Source: a virus (Duplodnaviria; Caudoviricetes). Taken from it: a stretch of DNA of 27,838 nt. The stretch covers positions 1-27,838 of IMG/VR virus record IMGVR_UViG_3300020044_001319. The stretch is one strand, 5' to 3'. Both the position numbers and the translations under genes were made by a program. The notes below the pieces were generated by a model, which saw only the letters and a list, made by a program, of their open reading frames with translations, was not told the origin of the DNA and did no database searches. Shown here piece after piece: positions 23,716 to 27,838 of the stretch (positions within the stretch are counted from its first letter, which is position 1; every line of letters begins with the position of its first letter).

Positions 23716-24016
23716 CTGATTTCTCCACAATTTTGACAACTCGCTGTTGACGACCAGACTTACCGGGGCGAGTCAACCCGGTGTCTACGATGTAACCCTT
23801 GTCCAGCAGACTGCGGAATCGTGCAGTCACGCTGGAGTAGGGGCGGTGGGACAGGATGCTCAGGACTTCATCCTGAATACAGCCGTCAGGATGGAGCGCA
23901 ATGGTGCTGTACACCAGTTGCTCCATTGATGCGGTGTCAACGCTTGCTGCCGCCTCTATGGACGTTACAGGGGCATCTTTGCGTACCAGCTTCTGCCAGA
24001 GAGTTCCGAAAGTCAT
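23708..24016 (-). CDS. Winged-helix DNA-binding protein
   Basis: 'DA..TS.EAA.SV', 'YSSVTARFRSLLDKGYIVDTG..R.G.SGR.Q.V'. Confidence 0.7.
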   Translation of the reverse strand: MTFGTLWQKLVRKDAPVTSIEAAASVDTASMEQLVYSTIALHPDGCIQDEVLSILSHRPYSSVTARFRSLLDKGYIVDTGLTRPGKSGRQQRVVKIVEKSDA

Positions 24017-24108
24017 AGCGGTGCGTCCTCGTAGTCATCAAGGCCAAAGGGAATGTCGCCAATGGGCGGCGTTTGGATGGGTTTGGTAGGGAAAGGCCAG
24101 TTGTTCAT
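24013..24108 (-). CDS. Small hypothetical peptide (31 aa)
   Basis: AAGGAG RBS and ATGA coupling on both sides; MNNWPFPTKPIQTPPIGDIPFGLDDYEDAPL. Confidence 0.55.
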   Translation of the reverse strand: MNNWPFPTKPIQTPPIGDIPFGLDDYEDAPL

Positions 24109-24197
24109 TTGAGCAACTCCTTTGCAATCTCTACCAGGAAGGGGATCGAAAAGATCAGACCGATTGCAATGCCAGAAAGGATGTCTTTGAGAGTCAT
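24105..24197 (-). CDS. Small membrane peptide (30 aa)
   Basis: GAGG RBS and ATGA coupling; MTLKDILSGIAIGLIFSIPFLVEIAKELLK. Confidence 0.55.
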   Translation of the reverse strand: MTLKDILSGIAIGLIFSIPFLVEIAKELLK

Positions 24198-24367
24198 GTT
24201 GTCGCCTCTGTGGTTATGTCTGTCGTGATGACAGGGATTATCTTGATGCACTTTGCAGGATCGAGATTCTTGAACTCAGCATACTTGGCAGCGTTTTCAT
24301 ACGTTGCGAAATAGACCAGAGTGTCGCCGTACCATCTGCTTGGGTAGGTCAGCTTAAATACAACCAT
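24194..24367 (-). CDS. Small hypothetical protein
   Basis: GGAG RBS before the ATG at 24367; coupled to the next gene. Confidence 0.55.
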   Translation of the reverse strand: MVVFKLTYPSRWYGDTLVYFATYENAAKYAEFKNLDPAKCIKIIPVITTDITTEATT

Positions 24368-24379
24368 TTCGTTCTCCAG

Positions 24380-24394
24380 TGGGGCCGTAGCCCC
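24380..24394 (-). repeat. GGGGC-UACG-GCCCC hairpin, copy 1
   Basis: Identical 15-mer TGGGGCCGTAGCCCC at 24380-24394 and 25583-25597; both copies are intergenic. Confidence 0.8.
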
Positions 24395-24399
24395 TTGTG

Positions 24400-24948
24400 T
24401 CATGCTGCCAACCGTCCGACAGCGCCGTAGCCGTAGCCATCGTCGCCCAGGAACTTGACGCTTTCTGCTGTCTTGCTTTCCTTGATTTCCACCAGGGTGA
24501 ACTCCTCGACTTTCCGAGCAACCCGAGTCTCGTTGTCGTAGTTGGCAGTTCTGGCAATGTAAGCACCGAAGGGAGCATCGACAACTGGAATCTCAGTCAC
24601 AGGATAGCCGTAGTATTTGCAAGCAAACTCGACAGCAGTCTCAAGGAAAGCCTTGGTGTATTTCCGATTGACGAACACGAAGTCAGCGCCGAACCGGACT
24701 TCCTCGCCGTTGAGACTGGTGTAGTTGCTGCCCTTGTAGTCGGTCATGCCATCAAAGTACGAACCCTCGAAGACCGAGACAACCGACTTGACTTGGCTGC
24801 AAGTCGGACCGTTTTCGTATTTGATGTTGATAGAAGCGCCGCCGCTGTAGACGTTCGACTTGACGCTGAACTTGACGCCAGGGAATGCTTCTTTGAGAGC
24901 AGCCCGGATCAGCTTGGCAGTCTCGGCACAGGTAAGGTACTTGGTCAT
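24400..24948 (-). CDS. LPD29-like (large polyvalent protein-associated domain) early protein
   Basis: 'AETAKLIRAALKEAFPGVKFSVKS..YSGGASI.I....GP', 'F.G..FDGM.DY', 'FGADFVF..R'. GGAG RBS before the ATG at 24948. Confidence 0.72.
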   Translation of the reverse strand: MTKYLTCAETAKLIRAALKEAFPGVKFSVKSNVYSGGASINIKYENGPTCSQVKSVVSVFEGSYFDGMTDYKGSNYTSLNGEEVRFGADFVFVNRKYTKAFLETAVEFACKYYGYPVTEIPVVDAPFGAYIARTANYDNETRVARKVEEFTLVEIKESKTAESVKFLGDDGYGYGAVGRLAA

Positions 24949-24991
24949 TTCATTTCTCCATAGTTGGAAGGTTGATGAACACGGCAACATT

Positions 24992-25038
24992 TGCTATCAC
25001 CGTGAAAGCAGTATCTCAGACTAATTCAGGACTGTCAA
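24992..25038 (-). promoter_or_regulatory. Leftward early promoter with an overlapping operator
   Basis: - strand TTGACA (25038-25033), 17 nt, GATACT (25015-25010). Palindrome TGCTATCA-CCG-TGAAAGCA at 24992-25010. Confidence 0.75.
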
Positions 25039-25351
25039 CAGGTATTTTGTAAAACTGTTTTGCGTCAGCAACGATGTCATCCAGGTCTGCAAGAGCCTGC
25101 TGTTGTTGCCACATGATCGCGTTCTTGGTTGCTTTGCCTTGCATCAGAATGATCTTTTTGCTGTAGTCTTTGAACGCCGTGATCATGTAGTAGCCAGTCC
25201 GAGGGCATTTGACGCCTCCGATTGCCGAAGTCAGGATGCCGCCGCTGCTCCGTTTCATGGTCAGGATGCAGATTCTGATGTCGTCTGTGAGGTCAATCAC
25301 AGTCTCCGACTTCCATCCGAAAGCGCCTTTGTAGGTTTTGGTTTGGTACAT
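25016..25351 (-). CDS. Hypothetical early protein
   Basis: CAGGAG RBS; 111 aa; collinear with neighbours. Confidence 0.65.
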   Translation of the reverse strand: MYQTKTYKGAFGWKSETVIDLTDDIRICILTMKRSSGGILTSAIGGVKCPRTGYYMITAFKDYSKKIILMQGKATKNAIMWQQQQALADLDDIVADAKQFYKIPVDSPELV

Positions 25352-25364
25352 GATGATCTCCTGA

Positions 25365-25553
25365 TTAGATGGTGATGGTGTCGCCAGTCTGGACGATGGT
25401 GTAACCGAGTTGCTTGAGGATTTGGAGCGAGTCGAAGGTCAGCGACTTGGACTTAGCCAGCTTTGCGAACAGCTTTCCCTGCTCACAGACTGGCATGGCA
25501 ATCAGATTGCCGTAGTTCTTGGTGACCTTGATGGTGATGGTTTTGTCTGACAT
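25365..25553 (-). CDS. Hypothetical early protein
   Basis: GGAG RBS before the ATG at 25553; 'I.V.KNYG....PVCE..KLFA.LA..K.LT...L..LK.LGY.I'. Confidence 0.65.
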   Translation of the reverse strand: MSDKTITIKVTKNYGNLIAMPVCEQGKLFAKLAKSKSLTFDSLQILKQLGYTIVQTGDTITI

Positions 25554-25582
25554 TTCATTCTCCATAATTGGAAGGTTATGAA

Positions 25583-25597
25583 TGGGGCCGTAGCCCC
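25583..25597 (-). repeat. GGGGC-UACG-GCCCC hairpin, copy 2
   Basis: Identical to 24380-24394. Confidence 0.8.
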
Positions 25598-25602
25598 AAG
25601 GA

Positions 25603-25893
25603 TTAGTTAGTGAACAACTGCAATTCGCGTTTTGCTTTTTCTACTGCTTCTTTTTTTGGGACATCAAAATATGCGGCATCAGCAGTCGTGCTCACCATTT
25701 GAACTTCCCAATCAGGATGCTTTGCTTTGGCGCGTGCCATTGCAAGTTGGGCGAAAACAGGGTTCATGCTGACAACGCCACCGCAAGACGCCACGTTGCC
25801 ATTGATGTCAAGACCGCCACCCATGCCAGTTTTACCTGCCAACTTGTTGGAATAGTAAATGGTGACACGTTTGATGTTGCTGTTTTCTGACAT
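25603..25893 (-). CDS. Hypothetical early protein
   Basis: GAGGAG RBS before the ATG at 25893. Confidence 0.6.
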   Translation of the reverse strand: MSENSNIKRVTIYYSNKLAGKTGMGGGLDINGNVASCGGVVSMNPVFAQLAMARAKAKHPDWEVQMVSTTADAAYFDVPKKEAVEKAKRELQLFTN

Positions 25894-25894
25894 C

Positions 25895-26104
25895 TCATTC
25901 TCCTCTTGCAAAACTCATGGGCATCGTGATGCAACCATCTCTGAACAAGCATTGATAGCTGTAAGTGCCGCCAGCAGGTATCGAAAGGGGAGCGTCAAGA
26001 GCGCCAAAGTCAACAGGTGCGAAGGGCAAATTAACTTCAGCCACATCCAGATATTCTTGTTTCATCTGGAACGAGAGGAAGTTCAGGTAACTTGCTGTTT
26101 TCAT
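25895..26104 (-). CDS. Hypothetical early protein (first gene of the leftward operon)
   Basis: AAGGAG RBS before the ATG at 26104; lies downstream of the leftward promoter. Confidence 0.55.
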   Translation of the reverse strand: MKTASYLNFLSFQMKQEYLDVAEVNLPFAPVDFGALDAPLSIPAGGTYSYQCLFRDGCITMPMSFARGE

Positions 26105-26145
26105 TTTCATTCTCCTTAGTAGGTAGTTTGTGAAACACGTTGTTT

Positions 26146-26192
26146 TGCTATCAACGTGAAAGCATCTTATCACAGTCTAATACCCGACACAA
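26146..26192 (-). promoter_or_regulatory. Leftward promoter with operator
   Basis: - strand TTGTGT (26192-26187), 17 nt, TAAGAT (26169-26164) with a TGn extension. Palindrome TGCTATCA-ACG-TGAAAGCA at 26146-26164. Confidence 0.68.
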
Positions 26193-26211
26193 ACGTGGGG
26201 ATATTGGGTTG

Positions 26212-26242
26212 TTGTTTGATTTCACAATGAAAGCAATACAAT
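26212..26242 (+). promoter_or_regulatory. Rightward promoter with operator (probably yields a leaderless mRNA)
   Basis: Operator TGATTTCA-CAA-TGAAAGCA at 26217-26235; -10 TACAAT at 26237-26242; ATG 7 nt later with no RBS. The -35 element is ambiguous. Confidence 0.6.
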
Positions 26243-26249
26243 GCCACGC

Positions 26250-26489
26250 ATGAAACACTACATCAAGCCCAAGATCAATGTCATCCCGGTGATGGTTCGC
26301 ATCAGACCGCAGGCAAAAGAGTTGCTGATGGCGGCAGCAGCAGACCAGCGCCGCAGTCAAGCCAGCATTGTCGAGGAGTTGATCATTGACGGACTGGCTC
26401 GGAAGTACAGTAGTTTGGATGTTCGTTTGTCAGCCATGTTGAAAGGTCAAGATGAATCGACTCAATTGGGAACCCCCTCCGGGGACTAA
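26250..26489 (+). CDS. Ribbon-helix-helix (Arc/CopG-like) transcriptional regulator
   Basis: 'PVMVRIRPQAKELLMAAAADQRRSQASIVEELIIDGL' fits the beta-alpha-alpha RHH pattern. First gene of the rightward operon; an alternative ATG lies at 26241. Confidence 0.78.
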   Translation: MKHYIKPKINVIPVMVRIRPQAKELLMAAAADQRRSQASIVEELIIDGLARKYSSLDVRLSAMLKGQDESTQLGTPSGD

Positions 26490-26631
26490 GGTCACGATGC
26501 CTAGTGTCCTGATCACGGACAAGAACTATCAATTCACCAGGGAGGCCGATGTGCAGGCAACCTGGAGGCGTTTTGGTTGGGTTCCGTTGGAGCCAAAGAC
26601 AGAAGCAAACAAGTCAGATGACCAAAGATGA
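26452..26631 (+). CDS. Small hypothetical protein (59 aa), absent from the ORF track
   Basis: AAAGG RBS; MNRLNWEPPPGTKVTMPSVLITDKNYQFTREADVQATWRRFGWVPLEPKTEANKSDDQR. Confidence 0.55.
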   Translation: MNRLNWEPPPGTKVTMPSVLITDKNYQFTREADVQATWRRFGWVPLEPKTEANKSDDQR

Positions 26632-26881
26632 AGCACATAAGTTGCTTGACCAGATCAAGGAGGGCACATCAGCTACTCCAGAACAGGTTGTTGCAGCACT
26701 TACTCTCACAGGAGACATTGATGTCTTTCGCAAAGCACCAGATAGCACTGAAGAACAGCAGTCGGCAGGCTCACCCGATGAGACTGTGCAGTTCTTGTCA
26801 CTCGGAGAAGCCGCCAGAGGGAGGTATAAAAATGTCGGAAAGCAAGTGGTTCTGTGTTGGCTGCTGGCTAAAAAGGACTAG
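26618..26881 (+). CDS. Hypothetical protein
   Basis: MTKDEAHKLLDQIKEG...AALTLTGDI N-terminal helical segment. The C-terminal half overlaps the next ORF. Confidence 0.45.
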   Translation: MTKDEAHKLLDQIKEGTSATPEQVVAALTLTGDIDVFRKAPDSTEEQQSAGSPDETVQFLSLGEAARGRYKNVGKQVVLCWLLAKKD

Positions 26882-26891
26882 AAAATCGTGA
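26721..26891 (+). CDS. Small zinc-finger protein
   Basis: CAGGAG RBS before the ATG at 26721; CSSC...WFCVGCW; GTGA coupling to rusA. Confidence 0.6.
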   Translation: MSFAKHQIALKNSSRQAHPMRLCSSCHSEKPPEGGIKMSESKWFCVGCWLKRTRKS

Positions 26892-27316
26892 CCTTTGTTG
26901 TGAACTTCCGGGTAGACGGAGAGCCAGTTGGCAAAGGCAGACCAAGGTTTGCTCGACAGGGTGGATTCGTCAAGGCATATACGCCTGCCAAGACTGCCAA
27001 GTGGGAAGACGTAGTGCGTGACCATGCTAGGCAGGCAATGGGCATGAGCGAGCCACTAGAAGGGCCGCTGGCGCTGTCTGTCAGGGTGTGGAAGGGTATC
27101 CCTGCATCGTGGTCAAAGAAGAAACAGCAAGACGCTGTGACATCCGAGATCAGACCGACTGGCAAACCAGACATTGATAACTACGTCAAGGCAGTCATGG
27201 ATGCAGGCAATGGGATTTTGTGGGTGGATGACAGCCAGGTTGTAGAACTGCACAGCATGAAGGCTTATTCAAAGTACCCATGCGTTGAGATTTTTGTTGC
27301 GGAGATATTGCCATGA
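26888..27316 (+). CDS. rusA: RusA-family Holliday junction resolvase
   Basis: 'GEPVGKGRPRF', 'YTPAKT', 'KPDIDNYVKAVMDAGNGILWVDDSQVV.L...K.Y'. Confidence 0.92.
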   Translation: MTFVVNFRVDGEPVGKGRPRFARQGGFVKAYTPAKTAKWEDVVRDHARQAMGMSEPLEGPLALSVRVWKGIPASWSKKKQQDAVTSEIRPTGKPDIDNYVKAVMDAGNGILWVDDSQVVELHSMKAYSKYPCVEIFVAEILP

Positions 27317-27555
27317 ATGAATCTGTCCAGCGTGGACTGAAGCTGTTGAATCCAGGCTCAGTGGTTCCGGTAGATGTGAAGACAGTAGCCGATCTGTACA
27401 ACGCACTGGACTACACGGTGAAGCAGGCTGAGAAATTTGAATGGGTTGGACTTACGGATGAGGAGATTAACAGTTGTTGTGATTTCCCATTGAATGCACT
27501 TGGAATGAAACACGTTCGCAAGATTGAAGCCAAATTAAGGAGCAAGAACACATGA
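27313..27555 (+). CDS. Hypothetical protein with a 'WVGLTDEE...IEAKLRSKN' C-terminal module
   Basis: GGAG RBS and ATGA coupling. C-terminal module is shared with the next gene. Confidence 0.65.
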   Translation: MNESVQRGLKLLNPGSVVPVDVKTVADLYNALDYTVKQAEKFEWVGLTDEEINSCCDFPLNALGMKHVRKIEAKLRSKNT

Positions 27556-27812
27556 GCATTGAGGCCATGCGGCAGGCTCTGAAGGCGTTGGAAAAGCACG
27601 AGCCTTTGTATCTGGACAGGGGATATGCCTTTATCAGTTTCCCGGTTGAACATGAGAAGCACCCAAAGAAACGTGAATGGGTTAGTCTGACAGATCAAGA
27701 AAGGTTACAGATTGCATTGACTGTTAAGCAGTACAAACTTAGCCAGGTTGATTACTCAAAGGCAGTTTACATGGCATGGGAAGCCAAGTTAAAGGAAAAG
27801 AATTATGACTAA
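27552..27812 (+). CDS. Hypothetical protein with a 'WVSLTDQE...EAKLKEKN' C-terminal module
   Basis: AAGGAG RBS and ATGA coupling; 'MSIEAMRQALKALE' N-terminus. Confidence 0.65.
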   Translation: MSIEAMRQALKALEKHEPLYLDRGYAFISFPVEHEKHPKKREWVSLTDQERLQIALTVKQYKLSQVDYSKAVYMAWEAKLKEKNYD

Positions 27813-27838
27813 AAAGAAAAAGAGATTGACAGTTTTTG
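27805..27838 (+). CDS. Start of the next gene (3'-truncated by the window edge)
   Basis: AAGGA RBS; ATG at 27805 overlaps the upstream stop; frame is open to the window end. Confidence 0.4.
   Translation, partial: MTKKKKRLTVF

Noticed and set aside
24397-24963. 188-aa plus-strand ORF opposite the LPD29-like gene
   Set aside because: Antisense shadow; all expression signals point to the minus strand.

Overview
About 27.8 kb of a tailed phage or prophage genome with a podovirus-type (T7/BPP-1-like) morphogenesis module. No RNA polymerase, integrase or terminase is visible in this window. The + strand from 1 to 21901 carries, in order: a GNAT-like gene, small virion genes, portal, Bbp19-like protein, scaffold, a ~700 nt structured intergenic region, major capsid, decoration protein, tail tubular A/B, four putative ejection (internal virion) proteins, a tail fibre with an S74 chaperone, a C1q-like protein, and a lysis cassette (embedded Rz/Rz1 spanins, GH19 endolysin). 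The spanins imply a Gram-negative host. The - strand from 21898 to 26104 is an early/recombination module (ERF, YqaJ-type exonuclease, LPD29 protein, many small genes joined by repeated leaders). A divergent control region at ~26105-26250 precedes a ribbon-helix-helix regulator, RusA and small genes. The most striking feature is a RelA/SpoT-type nucleotidyltransferase domain fused to a putative ejection protein (11121-12347). Its 3' end is overlapped by an antisense 67-aa gene with its own promoter and RBS, making a candidate virion-delivered toxin/immunity pair. Also notable are a c4/CI-like antisense RNA system between scaffold and capsid, a two-copy internal-loop RNA motif in the capsid leader, and a three-operator RHH regulon. 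All assignments come from reading motifs and synteny by eye; no database searches or folding programs were run.
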